Source: Haemophilus parainfluenzae
GTDB lineage: Bacteria > Pseudomonadota > Gammaproteobacteria > Enterobacterales > Pasteurellaceae
DNA: 64,000 nucleotides
Direction of reading: 5' to 3'
Assembly (NCBI GenBank): GCA_018366115.1
Contig: JAGZIS010000001.1
Coordinates: forward strand, 254,118-318,117
Positions 32,311 through 44,607 of the stretch are shown piece by piece. The notes below the pieces were generated by a model, which was not told where the DNA came from, did no database searches, and saw only the letters and a list, made by a program, of their open reading frames with translations. The position numbers were made by a program, and so were the translations under genes. How positions within the stretch are numbered: the first letter of the stretch is position 1; the number at the start of each line of letters is the position of its first letter.

Positions 32311-32341
32311 CAAAAAGGCGAACCTTTCGATTCGCCTTTTA
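32311..32341. terminator. Bidirectional terminator (hemH / ompP2).
   Basis: AAAAAGGCGAA-cctttcga-TTCGCCTTTT. Confidence 0.8.
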
Positions 32342-32362
32342 AGATTTCTTTCTAATCAAAGA

Positions 32363-33406
32363 TTAGAAGTATACACGCATACCTACGCCGATAGCTCTGT
32401 CTTTAACTTTACCAGTATAAGCATCGTCTTTGTAAGATTTAGTTGTTACGTATTTACCTTCTAAGAACACTACAACTTGTTTATGAAGTTTGTAGTCTGC
32501 ACCAAGTAAGAAACCGTGAGTTTTATCTTTATTAACGTCACCTTTCACACGTTCGTATAGGTAGTTACCATACACTTTAGACGCTGGCACAACTTGATAT
32601 GCGAAACCAGGAGACACATAGAATTTGTTTGTTTTTGCATCATTCAATTTTTCATGTGCGTAACCGAAGTCACCAGTTACTGTGAAATCAGCAAATTTAT
32701 AACCTAATGATGCTAAAACACCATCTAAACGGTGAGCATATGACGCATTAGTTTCAAAGTTTGTGTGACCATAAGCTAAACGCGCATCTAAGTCACCCAC
32801 TGTGTATAATGCACCTACAGCATAAGCATTTTTGATACCTGGATCAAGCGGTTTGCCTTTTTCATTATTTTTTTGACCAAAGTTATAGTTTGCACTTAAT
32901 TGTAAACCTTCAATACCTTTATAGTCATAACGAATTACGCCTGTACCTGCAGTTGGAATATATTCTTCTTTTGGAATTAAACCATATTCATAATCAACTG
33001 CTTGACTTAAATCATCTGCAATAGTTAATTGACGACCAAATGTGATATCGCCAGTCGCTTTGCTACCTAAACCTACATAGGCACGTTTAGCGTAAAGTCT
33101 ACCAAATTTATCACGAGAATCAGTATCATCAAAACGGAATTCTAAACGACCTAATGCATAGAAATCGTTATCTAAGTTATGTTTTACAGTGATGCCGAAA
33201 CGTGAACCTGCATTACGTAAAGCAGAGTTAGCTTTTTTAGTTGATTTACCAGCGCGGTCGTACTCTTTTTTATCCGCTTTTTCCATAATTAAACGAAGAG
33301 AACCGTTTAACTCAACTTTAGTACCTTCGTTATCATAAACTACTGCTGCGTTTGCTGCTGAAGCGGCAAATGCAGAAACAATTAATGCTGCTAGTGTCTT
33401 TTTCAT
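32363..33406 (-). CDS. ompP2: Outer membrane porin P2.
   Basis: 347 aa. MKKTLAALIVSAFAASAANAAVVYDNEGTKVELNGS is near-identical to the H. influenzae OmpP2 N-terminus. The C-terminus is ...VGMRVYF, with a terminal aromatic residue. Confidence 0.9.
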   Translation of the reverse strand: MKKTLAALIVSAFAASAANAAVVYDNEGTKVELNGSLRLIMEKADKKEYDRAGKSTKKANSALRNAGSRFGITVKHNLDNDFYALGRLEFRFDDTDSRDKFGRLYAKRAYVGLGSKATGDITFGRQLTIADDLSQAVDYEYGLIPKEEYIPTAGTGVIRYDYKGIEGLQLSANYNFGQKNNEKGKPLDPGIKNAYAVGALYTVGDLDARLAYGHTNFETNASYAHRLDGVLASLGYKFADFTVTGDFGYAHEKLNDAKTNKFYVSPGFAYQVVPASKVYGNYLYERVKGDVNKDKTHGFLLGADYKLHKQVVVFLEGKYVTTKSYKDDAYTGKVKDRAIGVGMRVYF

Positions 33407-33598
33407 AATTGTTATTCCTTTTGGTTGTTACCGATGATTTTTGATTGAAGCAATTTTTAATAAAAAGTTCAATCTCCGAAATAGACGTCGCAAATATTAC
33501 AAAATAAACCTATAGTGTCAATGGAGGATCCCGACCAATGTTCTAAAATCCGATCAAGATCACATTTTTTGAACAAAAAAGGATATTTTTTGAGCAAA

Positions 33599-34600
33599 CT
33601 AAGCGCATTCCACCGAAAATGAAATCACCTCTTTAATGCTTTTAGCGCCTAATGCAATCATAATTAAACGATCAACACCTAAAGCAACGCCTGACGTATT
33701 CGGAATGCCCGCTTGTAATGCAGCAAGAAAACGATGATCAATTTCACGTTGTGGCAAACCAGCTCTTGCACGTAGGCGATTATCTTGCTCAAAACGATGT
33801 TGCTGTTCACGAGCATCTGTAAGCTCATGAAAACCGTTGGCTAGCTCTAATCCTTTATAATAGAACTCAAAGCGTTCTGCTACTCGGCTATCTTCAGGAC
33901 TAAGCTGCGCAAGTGCCGCTTGGGAAGAAGGGAAATGATAAACGGCGACTGGCGTCTCCTGACCAATTTTAGGTTCTACCACTTCACTGAATAGAAATTG
34001 TAATAAAGTATCACGATCCTCATCTTCATCTGCCATAAAGTTGTATTTACGTGCAACTTCCACCAATTCTTGACGAGTCGCTGATAATGGATCTAATCCT
34101 ACATATTCTTGGAAGACAAATTGATAACTTAACGTTTCTGCGGGTTTACAATCGAGAATCTGTTGTAGTAAATCATCGACTTCATTCATCAGACGGTACA
34201 TATCAAAGTGCGGTCGATACCATTCGAGCATAGTAAATTCCGGATTATGGCGATTGCCCGCTTCTTCATTACGGAATACTTTACCAATTTGAAAGATCGG
34301 TCCACTGCCTGCCGCCAGTAAACGCTTCATGTGATATTCCGGACTTGTGGAAAGCCAGAGCGTTTTCGACAGTTCATCAAAAGGGGCAACAAATTCTGTA
34401 TTAAAGGTGGAAAGATGAAGATCCGTCACGCCAAATTCACTTAAAACTGGAGTTTCTACTTCTAGTAATCCACGTTCAGTAAAGAACTGGCGAATATCAG
34501 CAATAATTTTGGCTCTCGCCAATAAGTTTTTAATTGATGCGGAAGGTTGCCATTCTATTTTTTTATCGCTAAGTGCGGTCATTTTTTTCTCCGTTTTCAC
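33599..34600 (-). CDS. epmA: EF-P--(R)-beta-lysine ligase (PoxA/GenX).
   Basis: A class II aaRS-like core with [13 protein letters not shown] and GVALGVDRL motifs. The gene is adjacent to frd, as in E. coli and H. influenzae. The start could be the internal M at 34582. Confidence 0.9.
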   Translation of the reverse strand: MKTEKKMTALSDKKIEWQPSASIKNLLARAKIIADIRQFFTERGLLEVETPVLSEFGVTDLHLSTFNTEFVAPFDELSKTLWLSTSPEYHMKRLLAAGSGPIFQIGKVFRNEEAGNRHNPEFTMLEWYRPHFDMYRLMNEVDDLLQQILDCKPAETLSYQFVFQEYVGLDPLSATRQELVEVARKYNFMADEDEDRDTLLQFLFSEVVEPKIGQETPVAVYHFPSSQAALAQLSPEDSRVAERFEFYYKGLELANGFHELTDAREQQHRFEQDNRLRARAGLPQREIDHRFLAALQAGIPNTSGVALGVDRLIMIALGAKSIKEVISFSVECA

Positions 34601-34715
34601 CTTTAAAATGAATTAGGCTATTGTAAACAAGAGTAATTTTTAACTCAATAATCCGACTAAATCATTCTTAAACGAAAACGGTTATCATCTAAAAATATAT
34701 AAAAAAGTAACTTTT

Positions 34716-34729
34716 TTGAGTTAGATCAC
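34716..34729 (+). promoter_or_regulatory. Putative FNR box upstream of frdA (TTGAG-ttag-ATCAC).
   Basis: It matches the TTGAT-N4-ATCAA consensus at 8 of 10 positions, about 135 nt upstream of the frdA start. frd operons are FNR-activated. Confidence 0.3.
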
Positions 34730-34861
34730 ACTTTTGATATTTTATCCGTTTATTCAGGAAAAAAGGTTACTAATTTGTGAACAAAAGTGGCAGAATGACA
34801 GCGTATCACCTATTTATTTAGGGCATCTTATTTTTTTACTTTCTATTGATTGGAGGACATC

Positions 34862-36661
34862 GTGCAAACGGTTAATGTCGATATTGCTATTGTTGGCGCT
34901 GGTGGTGGCGGTTTACGTGCCGCAATTGCAGCAGCAGAAGCAAACCCTAACTTAAAGATCGCATTAGTTTCTAAAGTTTATCCTATGCGTAGCCATACGG
35001 TTGCAGCAGAAGGCGGTGCGGCCGCAGTAATTAAAGAGGAAGATTCCTACGATAAACACTTCCACGATACCGTTGCCGGTGGTGACTGGTTATGTGAACA
35101 AGATGTGGTGGAATATTTCGTTGAACATTCTCCAGTGGAAATGACTCAACTTGAACGTTGGGGCTGCCCTTGGAGCCGTAAAGCCGATGGTGATGTAAAC
35201 GTGCGTCGTTTCGGTGGGATGAAAATCGAACGTACTTGGTTCGCAGCAGATAAAACCGGTTTCCACTTATTACATACTCTTTTCCAAACATCCATTCAAT
35301 ATCCACAAATTCAACGCTTTGACGAGCACTTCGTTTTAGACATCTTAGTTGATGATGGTCATGCTCGTGGTATGGTTGCGATGAATATGATGGAAGGTTC
35401 ACTTGTTCAAATCAACGCAAATGCGGTTGTGATTGCAACGGGTGGTGGTTGTCGTGCATTTAAATTCAATACCAATGGCGGTATCGTAACTGGTGATGGT
35501 TTATCAATGGCATATCGTCACGGTGTCCCTCTTCGTGATATGGAATTCGTCCAATACCACCCAACCGGCTTACCGAACACCGGTATCTTAATGACGGAAG
35601 GTTGTCGTGGTGAAGGCGGTATCTTAGTGAATAAAAACGGCTATCGTTATTTACAAGATTATGGTCTAGGCCCTGAAACCCCAATCGGCAAACCTGAAAA
35701 CAAATACATGGAACTTGGTCCACGTGATAAAGTTTCACAAGCATTCTGGCAAGAGTGGAAAAAAGGTAACACCTTAAAAACAGCAAAAGGTGTTGATGTG
35801 GTTCACCTTGACTTACGTCACTTAGGTGAAAAATATTTACATGAACGTCTTCCATTCATTTGTGAATTAGCCAGTGCTTATGAAGGTGTAAACCCAGTTA
35901 ATGAACCAATTCCAGTTCGTCCGGTTGTTCACTACACCATGGGTGGTATCGAAGTGGATTTCAACAGCGAAACTCGTATTAAAGGTTTATTTGCTGTGGG
36001 TGAATGTGCGTCTTCTGGTTTACACGGTGCAAACCGTTTAGGTTCTAACTCGCTTGCTGAATTAGTGGTTTTAGGCCGTGTTGCCGGTGAATATGCCGCA
36101 CAACGTGCAGCGGAAGCACAACCAGCAAACCGTGCAGCAATTGATGCTCAAGCGCAAGATGTTGTGGCTCGCCTTAAAGCGCTTTATGACCAAGAAGGTA
36201 ATGAATCTTGGTCTGAAATTCGTGATGAAATGGGTACCGTGATGGAAGAAGGTTGTGGTATCTACCGTGACCAAGAAAGCATGCAAAAAGCAGTAGATAA
36301 AATTGCTGAGCTTAAAGAACGTTATAAACGTATTCGTGTTGCAGACCGTTCAAGCGTATTCAATACCGATGTACTTTACACCGTAGAATTAGGTTACATC
36401 CTTGATGTAGCACAATCTATTGCCAACTCTGCGATTGAACGTAAAGAGTCTCGTGGTGCACACCAACGCTTAGACTACACTGAACGTGATGATGTGAATT
36501 ATTTAAAACACACCCTTGCTTACTACAATGGCGATGATGCACCGCGTATTGAATACAGTCCGGTGAAAATCACTAAATCTCAACCAGCAAAACGTGTTTA
36601 TGGTGCTGAAGCAGAAGCGGCAGAAGCGGCTGCGAAAGCTAAGGAGCAAGCAAATGGCTAA
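34862..36661 (+). CDS. frdA: Fumarate reductase flavoprotein subunit.
   Basis: A GTG start follows the [30 protein letters not shown] aligns with E. coli FrdA, and the covalent-FAD His region is present. Confidence 0.95.
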   Translation: MQTVNVDIAIVGAGGGGLRAAIAAAEANPNLKIALVSKVYPMRSHTVAAEGGAAAVIKEEDSYDKHFHDTVAGGDWLCEQDVVEYFVEHSPVEMTQLERWGCPWSRKADGDVNVRRFGGMKIERTWFAADKTGFHLLHTLFQTSIQYPQIQRFDEHFVLDILVDDGHARGMVAMNMMEGSLVQINANAVVIATGGGCRAFKFNTNGGIVTGDGLSMAYRHGVPLRDMEFVQYHPTGLPNTGILMTEGCRGEGGILVNKNGYRYLQDYGLGPETPIGKPENKYMELGPRDKVSQAFWQEWKKGNTLKTAKGVDVVHLDLRHLGEKYLHERLPFICELASAYEGVNPVNEPIPVRPVVHYTMGGIEVDFNSETRIKGLFAVGECASSGLHGANRLGSNSLAELVVLGRVAGEYAAQRAAEAQPANRAAIDAQAQDVVARLKALYDQEGNESWSEIRDEMGTVMEEGCGIYRDQESMQKAVDKIAELKERYKRIRVADRSSVFNTDVLYTVELGYILDVAQSIANSAIERKESRGAHQRLDYTERDDVNYLKHTLAYYNGDDAPRIEYSPVKITKSQPAKRVYGAEAEAAEAAAKAKEQANG

Positions 36662-37367
36662 TTCACCAGTAATGACTGTAGAAGTATTACGCTACAACCC
36701 AGAAAATGATCAAGAGCCACATTTAAGCTCTTATCAAGTACCTTATGATAACCAAACCTCTCTTTTAGATGCGTTAGGTTACATTAAAGATAAACTTGAA
36801 CCGTCTCTTTCTTATCGCTGGTCTTGCCGTATGGCGATCTGCGGTTCTTGTGGGATGATGGTGAATAACAAACCTAAATTGGCTTGTAAAACGTTCTTAC
36901 GTGATTACAGCGGCCATATGCGTATTGAACCATTAGCAAACTTCCCGATTCCTTATATTATTGGTAACGAAGCACCACCGTTAGATGGTAAACCACATCC
37001 ATCAAAAGAATTGCAAGTAAGCCGTACTAAACAAACGCCGGCACAACTTGAAAAATATCGTCAATTCTCAATGTGTATCAACTGTGGTTTATGCTATGCG
37101 GCGTGTCCACAATTTGGTTTAAACCCTGAATTCTTAGGCCCTGCAGCGATTACTATGGCACACCGTTACAACCTTGATAACCGTGACCATGGTAAAGCAC
37201 AACGTATGCCATTATTAAATGGTAAAAACGGTGTTTGGAGCTGTACTTTCGTGGGTTATTGTTCTGAAGTGTGTCCAAAACACGTGGATCCAGCTTCTGC
37301 AATTAACCAAGGCAAAGTGGAAAGTGCCAAAGATTATGTTATCTCAATGCTAAAACCAAAAGGCTAA
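36654..37367 (+). CDS. frdB: Fumarate reductase iron-sulfur subunit.
   Basis: [16 protein letters not shown] follows an AAGGAGC RBS. The 2Fe-2S, 4Fe-4S and 3Fe-4S Cys motifs are present. The gene overlaps the frdA end by 8 nt. Confidence 0.95.
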   Translation: MANSPVMTVEVLRYNPENDQEPHLSSYQVPYDNQTSLLDALGYIKDKLEPSLSYRWSCRMAICGSCGMMVNNKPKLACKTFLRDYSGHMRIEPLANFPIPYIIGNEAPPLDGKPHPSKELQVSRTKQTPAQLEKYRQFSMCINCGLCYAACPQFGLNPEFLGPAAITMAHRYNLDNRDHGKAQRMPLLNGKNGVWSCTFVGYCSEVCPKHVDPASAINQGKVESAKDYVISMLKPKG

Positions 37368-37377
37368 GGGGAAGAAT

Positions 37378-37788
37378 ATGTCAGTAACAGTAAGTAAACG
37401 CAAAAAATATGTTCGCCCAATGACGGCTACTTGGTGGCAAAAATTGGATTTCTACAAAGCTTATATGGTGCGTGAAGCAACCTCTATCTTTGCTGTATGG
37501 TTCTGTGTCGTATTGCTTTATGGTGTACTTTGTCTTGCAAGCAATCCTGTACCGGGCTTAGGCATTGTTGATTTCATTGCCTTCTTAAGAAATCCAATTG
37601 TAGTGTTCTTAAATATCATCACATTAATTGCGACTTTATATCACACTGCAACTTATTTTGTGATGACACCAAAAGTGATGAACATCATTGTTAAAAATGA
37701 GCGTTTACCACATCACGTGTTAAGAAATGCACTTTGGGCAGTGACGGCAGTGATTAGTGTTATCGCATTAATTTTAGTTTATATGTAG
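37378..37788 (+). CDS. frdC: Fumarate reductase membrane anchor subunit C.
   Basis: 136 aa with 3 TM helices, FrdC-like. Confidence 0.9.
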   Translation: MSVTVSKRKKYVRPMTATWWQKLDFYKAYMVREATSIFAVWFCVVLLYGVLCLASNPVPGLGIVDFIAFLRNPIVVFLNIITLIATLYHTATYFVMTPKVMNIIVKNERLPHHVLRNALWAVTAVISVIALILVYM

Positions 37789-37799
37789 GGAGAGAAAAA

Positions 37800-38144
37800 A
37801 TGGTCGATCAAAATCCAAAACGCTCTGGTGAACCACCAGTATGGTTGATGTTTGGTGCTGGCGGGACTGTCAGTGCGATTTTCTTCCCTGTTGTGATCTT
37901 AATCCTTGGTTTATTGTTACCATTCGGATTAATTGATCCACATAACCTAATTACATTCGCTTATTCTTGGATCGGAAAATTAGTTATCTTAGTTTTAACA
38001 ATTTTCCCTATGTGGTGTGGTTTACACCGTATCCATCATGCGATGCACGATCTTAAAATCCACGTGCCAGCAGGCGGATTTATCTTTTACGGCTTAGCCA
38101 TGATTTACACAATCTGGGTATTATTTGCTGTATTAGGTTTGTAA
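37800..38144 (+). CDS. frdD: Fumarate reductase membrane anchor subunit D.
   Basis: 114 aa with 3 TM helices, FrdD-like. Confidence 0.9.
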   Translation: MVDQNPKRSGEPPVWLMFGAGGTVSAIFFPVVILILGLLLPFGLIDPHNLITFAYSWIGKLVILVLTIFPMWCGLHRIHHAMHDLKIHVPAGGFIFYGLAMIYTIWVLFAVLGL

Positions 38145-38168
38145 TTTAAAACACTAAAGTGAAGAAAT

Positions 38169-38200
38169 AAAAGTGCGGTCAAAAATGACCGCACTTTTTT
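38169..38200. terminator. USS inverted-pair hairpin after frdD.
   Basis: AAAAGTGCGGTCAAAAATGACCGCACTTTTTT. Confidence 0.8.
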
Positions 38201-38292
38201 ATTATCGAAGAATAACCCAAATATTTTCTTAATCCAGAAAAACAAAAAACCCGACATTACGTCGGGTTTTCTTTTATCAAAAACTTTGATAA

Positions 38293-38742
38293 TTATTCTG
38301 CAACAACGATAACATCTAATGTTGCAAATACTTCGCCGTGAAGTTGGAAACGAACATCGTGGTCACCAAGAGTACGGATTGGACCGTTTGGTAAACGAAC
38401 TTCGCTTTTCGCAATTTCAACACCAGCTGCAGTTACTGCTTCTGCTACATCACGAGTAGTGATTGCACCGAATAAACGACCTTCATCACCAGCTTTAGAT
38501 GCGATAGTTACAGAACCTAATGCAGTCACTTGTGCTGCGCGAGCTTGAGCTGCTGCTAAACTTGCAGCTGCCGCTGCTTCTAACTCTGCACGACGAGTTT
38601 CAAAGTGTTCAATGTTAGCTTTAGTTGCCATAACTGCTTTACCTTGTGGGATTAAGAAGTTACGAGCGAAACCAGATTTAACATTAACTTGATCACCTAC
38701 GTTACCTAGGTGAACGATTTTATCTAAAAGAATTACTTGCAT
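38293..38742 (-). CDS. rplI: 50S ribosomal protein L9.
   Basis: 149 aa. [36 protein letters not shown]. Confidence 0.95.
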   Translation of the reverse strand: MQVILLDKIVHLGNVGDQVNVKSGFARNFLIPQGKAVMATKANIEHFETRRAELEAAAAASLAAAQARAAQVTALGSVTIASKAGDEGRLFGAITTRDVAEAVTAAGVEIAKSEVRLPNGPIRTLGDHDVRFQLHGEVFATLDVIVVAE

Positions 38743-38756
38743 TTCCTAACTCCTTC

Positions 38757-39311
<555 letters not shown>

Positions 39312-39325
<14 letters not shown>

Positions 39326-39689
39326 CCTCAAAATCGTTGTTTTCAACTTCAGCTAAAGGTTTACGTTCTTCTTTAGCCGCTTTCATTGGGGACGCTTCGG
39401 TTACGGCGTGCTTAGTATGGATAACAAGACTGCGTAATACAGCATCGTTATAACGGAAAGTCGTTTCTAGCTCGTCGATGACTTGTTGAGGCGCTTCTAC
39501 ATTCATAAGCACATAGTGTGCTTTGTGTAATTTGTTAATTGGGTACGCTAATTGACGACGACCCCAATCTTCTAGGCGATGAACTTGACCACCAGCTTCT
39601 TTAACAGAACCTGTGTAACGTTCGATCATACCTGGTACTTGCTCGCTTTGGTCCGGATGAACCATAAACACGATTTCGTAGTGACGCAT
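39312..39689 (-). CDS. rpsF: 30S ribosomal protein S6.
   Basis: 125 aa. [25 protein letters not shown], with an acidic C-terminal tail. Confidence 0.95.
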
Positions 39690-39878
39690 TACTGCTCCTT
39701 ACGGGTTAATCAGCCTTTGACGTAGATTAGCCACCAATCTGCAAAGGCAAGGAACGAAAAAATGAACGTGGCTAAGAGCGCTGATTATACAGATTTTTTT
39801 CCAGACTTCAAATAATTTGTACGCTTTTCAAACAAAAAAAGCCGATATCAACATATCGGCTTTTCTTTTATTTCTAAA

Positions 39879-40163
<285 letters not shown>

Positions 40164-40425
40164 TTATAGCCGTTTTTAATGTTAGACGAAAGATTAAAAT
40201 GGTATTTTGTTTAAATGCACATTATTTTTTTAATAATTCGATTATAATGTTCCACTAAAGTCGATTAGATAAAGAATTTAATTTAGCATACGAGGCCAAG
40301 ATGTAGCCTTATGCGGTATTACCTTTCTCAAGGTGGCACCCTATCTACTAAAAAGCTAAAGCAAACTTTACTATAATGTTCGTTAATCTGTATGTAAAAC
40401 AATAACTTCAACCCAAGGGTTATTT

Positions 40426-41103
40426 ATGGCTATACCTAAAATAATTGTAATTAGTTTAAAACATTCAACAAGAAGAGAAAATATTGCTAAGCGCCTTTCT
40501 GGTTTGGGGTTAGACTTTAGTTTTTTTGATGCGACAGATGGGAAAAAACTTCCTGCTTCCGTATTAGAATCTGTCGATTATGATTTCTATCCGAAACACT
40601 ATTTATCACCTAAGCCCTTAACGCTCGGCGAAATTGGCTGTGCAATAAGCCATATTAAAGTTTATGAGCACATGGTAGAAAACAATATTAAAAGTGCCAT
40701 TATTCTTGAAGACGATGCGATCGTTTCACAGCACTTTAAGGAAATTGTTGAAGATACGCTCAATAAAATTAATAAAAATCATGAGTTGATCTTTTTTGAT
40801 CACGGAAAAGTTAAATCCCATTTCTTTAAGAAACGGATCGTGGAAGGATATAGACTTGCACATTACAAGGCACCTTCAAAAAATTCAAGAAGATGCATTA
40901 TCTATGCAACCGCTTATTTAATTACACTATCAGGTGCTAAAAAATTACTTAATTACGCTTATCCAATAAGACTGCCTGCAGATTATCTAACGGGATTAAT
41001 CCAAAAAACACGCGTTGATACCTATGGTATTGAACCTCCATGTGTATTTAGAGGATTAAACAGTGACTCAGAAATAGACAAAATTGAGCATCGATATGAA
41101 TAA
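40426..41103 (+). CDS. Glycosyltransferase family 25 (LOS biosynthesis; Lic2A/LpsA/Lex-like).
   Basis: 225 aa. The N-terminus IIVISLKHSTRRENIAKRL...FFDATDG and the EIGCAISHIKVY motif are typical of GT25. The gene is AT-rich. Confidence 0.8.
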   Translation: MAIPKIIVISLKHSTRRENIAKRLSGLGLDFSFFDATDGKKLPASVLESVDYDFYPKHYLSPKPLTLGEIGCAISHIKVYEHMVENNIKSAIILEDDAIVSQHFKEIVEDTLNKINKNHELIFFDHGKVKSHFFKKRIVEGYRLAHYKAPSKNSRRCIIYATAYLITLSGAKKLLNYAYPIRLPADYLTGLIQKTRVDTYGIEPPCVFRGLNSDSEIDKIEHRYE

Positions 41104-42127
41104 GCTAAAAGCCCTAAGGTTAAAAGTGGGGAAATGGATACTTGATAAATCCTCAAGATCCAACAATCCCCAAAGTTTAGAACATCCTAAGAGTTTCTTA
41201 TTTTTGCGACAAGATGGGAAAATTGGCGACTATATCGTGAGTTCTTTTGTTTTTCGGGAAATAAAGAAATTTAACCCCTTGATAAAGATTGGTGTCATCT
41301 GCACGAAACAAAACGCTTATCTGTTTCAAAGAAACCATAACATTGATGAGATTTATCTTGTAAAGAAAAGAAACATTCTCGACTACATCAAGACGGCACT
41401 GTTTATTAGAAAAGAAAGATACGATGTTGTCATTGATCCAACTCTTGTACTTAGAAACCGAGACTTGTTGCTATTGAGAATACTCAATGCCCGTAGTTAT
41501 ATCGGCTATAGAAAAGCAGATTATAATATTTTTAATATAAATATTACTAAAGACGGCCATTTTTCAGAAATTTACAAAGAAGCTTTAGCTCAGTCAAATA
41601 TCAGTCTAAGTGATGATCGCTATGACATTCCACAAGATGACTTAATTAAAGAAGAAATTCTTAAGTTTATTACGGACAACAAGTTAAATAACTTTATTAC
41701 AATTAACTTCTATGGAAATGGCAAAAATAGAAAGTTTGATGACTCTCACATTGTAGATTATTTAACATATATTAGAGACTCGAATAAACATCAGCTAATC
41801 TTACTTGCAACACCTGATACTTATGAGCATTTAAGTAGAATAGCTAATCAATTTAATGATGTATTTGTTTATCCAAATCCTCACATAACGATCTATCATA
41901 CAATTGAGTTGATTAGAAATTGTGCTCTGCTTATTTCGGTTGATACATCAACGATTCATATTGCTTCGGGGTTAAATAAACCTATGATTTGTTTTTACTC
42001 GCAAGACAAAGAAAATTTTACGCATTGGCATCCCAATTCTAAAAATGTATGCCATATTATTCATTACCGTGATAATGTTAATGCTCTCTCTCCGAGAGAA
42101 ATAAAACCAGAGTGGCTAGATATTTAA
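41096..42127 (+). CDS. Glycosyltransferase family 9-like (heptosyltransferase-fold) LOS glycosyltransferase.
   Basis: The N-terminal Rossmann segment FLFLRQDGKIGDYIVSSF is present. The C-terminal motif LISVDTSTIHIASGLNKPMICFY resembles the GT9 D(S/T)GxxH nucleotide-sugar site. The ATG overlaps the GT25 stop (ATGAATAA). The ORF track begins at the TTG at 41084. Confidence 0.65.
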   Translation: MNKLKALRLKVGKWILDKSSRSNNPQSLEHPKSFLFLRQDGKIGDYIVSSFVFREIKKFNPLIKIGVICTKQNAYLFQRNHNIDEIYLVKKRNILDYIKTALFIRKERYDVVIDPTLVLRNRDLLLLRILNARSYIGYRKADYNIFNINITKDGHFSEIYKEALAQSNISLSDDRYDIPQDDLIKEEILKFITDNKLNNFITINFYGNGKNRKFDDSHIVDYLTYIRDSNKHQLILLATPDTYEHLSRIANQFNDVFVYPNPHITIYHTIELIRNCALLISVDTSTIHIASGLNKPMICFYSQDKENFTHWHPNSKNVCHIIHYRDNVNALSPREIKPEWLDI

Positions 42128-42168
42128 AGATACCAACCACAAACTGTATCATTTATTAGATTATTTTT

Positions 42169-43029
42169 ATGAATTCAAAAAAACACTTAGGTCATACCGC
42201 CCGTAAACGCTTTGGACAAAACTTTTTACATGATACTTCTGTGATTCAAGGTATCGTGGCGGCAATTTACCCACAACCCAATCAATTCTTAGTAGAAATT
42301 GGTCCAGGACTCGGTGCATTAACAGAGCCTGTTGGAGAGCTTGTCGATCATCTTACTGTAGTAGAACTTGACCGAGATTTAGCTGAACGTCTACGTCATC
42401 ATCCATTTTTACATCAAAAGCTCACCGTTATTGAAACGGATGCCATGCAATTTGATTTTGGTGAACTTTATACAAAAGAACATTTAGCAGAAAAAGGTCA
42501 GAAATTACGTGTATTTGGTAACTTGCCTTACAACATTTCTACCCCATTGATGTTCCACTTGTTTAAGTATCACGATGTGATTCAAGATATGCACTTCATG
42601 CTGCAAAAAGAAGTAGTCAAACGGTTATGCGCAGGGCCAAATAGTAAAGCTTACGGTCGTTTAACCATTATGGCGCAATATTTCTGCCAAGTGATGCCTG
42701 TGCTTGAAGTGCCACCTTCCGCATTTAAACCAGCACCGAAAGTAGATTCAGCTGTTGTGCGTTTAATTCCGCATAAAGAATTACCTCACCCTGTAAAAGA
42801 TCTATATTGGTTGAACCGTGTTTGCTCCCAAGCGTTTAATCAACGTCGTAAAACATTGCGTAATGCGCTTTCAACACTATTTTCACCTGAAAATCTGACC
42901 GCACTTGGTATTGATTTAAATGCACGAGCAGAAAATTTAGCTATCGCAGATTATGCACGCCTAGCCAACTGGTTGGCAGATAATCCACCAGTAGATGTCA
43001 ATAAAGATGAAATCTTAGATTCAGAATAG
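42169..43029 (+). CDS. rsmA: 16S rRNA (adenine1518/1519-N6)-dimethyltransferase.
   Basis: 286 aa aligning throughout to E. coli KsgA ([21 protein letters not shown]). Confidence 0.95.
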   Translation: MNSKKHLGHTARKRFGQNFLHDTSVIQGIVAAIYPQPNQFLVEIGPGLGALTEPVGELVDHLTVVELDRDLAERLRHHPFLHQKLTVIETDAMQFDFGELYTKEHLAEKGQKLRVFGNLPYNISTPLMFHLFKYHDVIQDMHFMLQKEVVKRLCAGPNSKAYGRLTIMAQYFCQVMPVLEVPPSAFKPAPKVDSAVVRLIPHKELPHPVKDLYWLNRVCSQAFNQRRKTLRNALSTLFSPENLTALGIDLNARAENLAIADYARLANWLADNPPVDVNKDEILDSE

Positions 43030-43046
43030 TAAAAGAGCGGTCAAAA

Positions 43047-43874
43047 ATGGCAACCTATTTCGTCGGTGATTTACAAGGCTGTTATGATGAATTACAGCTT
43101 TTATTAGAACGAGTAAACTTCAATCCTGTGCAAGATAAACTTTATCTTGTGGGGGATCTTGTGGCGCGTGGCGATAAATCACTTGAATGTCTTCGTTTTG
43201 TAAAATCACTTGGAAGTGCGGCACAGACTGTCCTTGGTAATCACGATCTGCATCTAATTGCAACCGCACTGGGTATTAAAAAAGTGAAGCCTCGTGATCG
43301 TGTCGATGCTATTTTTAATGCGCCCGATTTTGATGAACTTATTGACTGGTTACGCCATCAACCCTTACTTGTGCATAATGAAAAATTAAACTTCCTGATG
43401 GCACATGCAGGCATTTCGCCAGATTGGGATTTGGAAACCGCGAAATCTTGTGCAGCTGAAGTGGAACACATTTTACAGCATGGTGATTTTTATTATCTCA
43501 TTGAAAATATGTATTCAGAACAACCCAATCGTTGGTCGCCAGATTTGCAGGGCTTAGCACGTCATCGTTACATTATTAATGCGTTCACTCGAATGCGTTT
43601 TTGCTATTCAGATCATCGCTTTGATTTTGCCTGTAAATCCTCTTTGAAAGATGCGCCGGCGGAGCTTATACCTTGGTTTAATTTGGATAATCCTCTTTAT
43701 AAACAGATCCCGATTGTATTTGGGCACTGGGCAAGTTTAGTCGATGAGAATCTCCCTCAAGGTATTTATGCCTTAGATACAGGTTGTGTGTGGAATAATC
43801 GAATGACTATGTTGCGTTGGGAAGATAAACAGCTCTTCACACAAAGTGCGGTCAAAAATTACTGTGATTTTTAA
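43047..43874 (+). CDS. apaH: Bis(5'-nucleosyl)-tetraphosphatase (symmetrical).
   Basis: 275 aa. [16 protein letters not shown] and the GNHD metallophosphatase motifs are present. Confidence 0.95.
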   Translation: MATYFVGDLQGCYDELQLLLERVNFNPVQDKLYLVGDLVARGDKSLECLRFVKSLGSAAQTVLGNHDLHLIATALGIKKVKPRDRVDAIFNAPDFDELIDWLRHQPLLVHNEKLNFLMAHAGISPDWDLETAKSCAAEVEHILQHGDFYYLIENMYSEQPNRWSPDLQGLARHRYIINAFTRMRFCYSDHRFDFACKSSLKDAPAELIPWFNLDNPLYKQIPIVFGHWASLVDENLPQGIYALDTGCVWNNRMTMLRWEDKQLFTQSAVKNYCDF

Positions 43875-43883
43875 GGAAACACT

Positions 43884-44507
43884 ATGCTCTCACTTAATGC
43901 TGAATCTTGCGAACTGTTCAATATTCCGTTCTACCAATTCGCCCAGATGAAGAAATTTTGTCCGGAAGATATTCCGGCAATTAAAGCTGATTACAAATTA
44001 CATTGGGATAACTGGAAAGCGATTATTCAAGAAGTGGCAAAGCAACTTGGCATGCCTTTTGCGAAACCGCATATTGAAAGTTGGACCAATGGCTGGCAGG
44101 TTCGCGCGCATTTCTTCGCTTATTTTAAATACGAGTTTAACCAAAATTCTGCAGCTATTTTTTCTGTGCTATTAAATCGTCGCCGACTAAGAGTATGTTT
44201 AGATTGGCATTGCTATCGTGCAAATCGCTCACAAATTAATGTGCAACAATATAATCAGTGGCTTGACCAATTTGACTTCAAACAATTTGCCGATTTTGAT
44301 ATTTGGCGAGAAGATGAAAGCGAATATGGTGACTTTCGCCAAGTGAAACAAATTGCTGAAAAAGATCTCTTTTTACGATCAGAGGAAGATTTTTGGTGCA
44401 TTGGTAAAAGCATTGAAAAAGCTGAACTTCATCAAATTGATCCCGTTTCATTTATCACAAAAACCATTCAACAGTTACAACCGCTTTACGATCGCTGCCA
44501 TCAATAA
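43884..44507 (+). CDS. Hypothetical cytoplasmic protein, Trp/aromatic-rich, of unknown function.
   Basis: A 207-aa ORF immediately after apaH in the same orientation, with no recognisable catalytic motif. A USS at 44505 abuts the stop. Confidence 0.55.
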   Translation: MLSLNAESCELFNIPFYQFAQMKKFCPEDIPAIKADYKLHWDNWKAIIQEVAKQLGMPFAKPHIESWTNGWQVRAHFFAYFKYEFNQNSAAIFSVLLNRRRLRVCLDWHCYRANRSQINVQQYNQWLDQFDFKQFADFDIWREDESEYGDFRQVKQIAEKDLFLRSEEDFWCIGKSIEKAELHQIDPVSFITKTIQQLQPLYDRCHQ

Positions 44508-44607
44508 AGTGCGGTCATTTCCATTAAATTTTTTCGTCTTGTTTATTTGTTATGCTATCATTACATTAGTTTAACATTTTTAACAATTTTGCTTTTAGGA
44601 GTACTTT

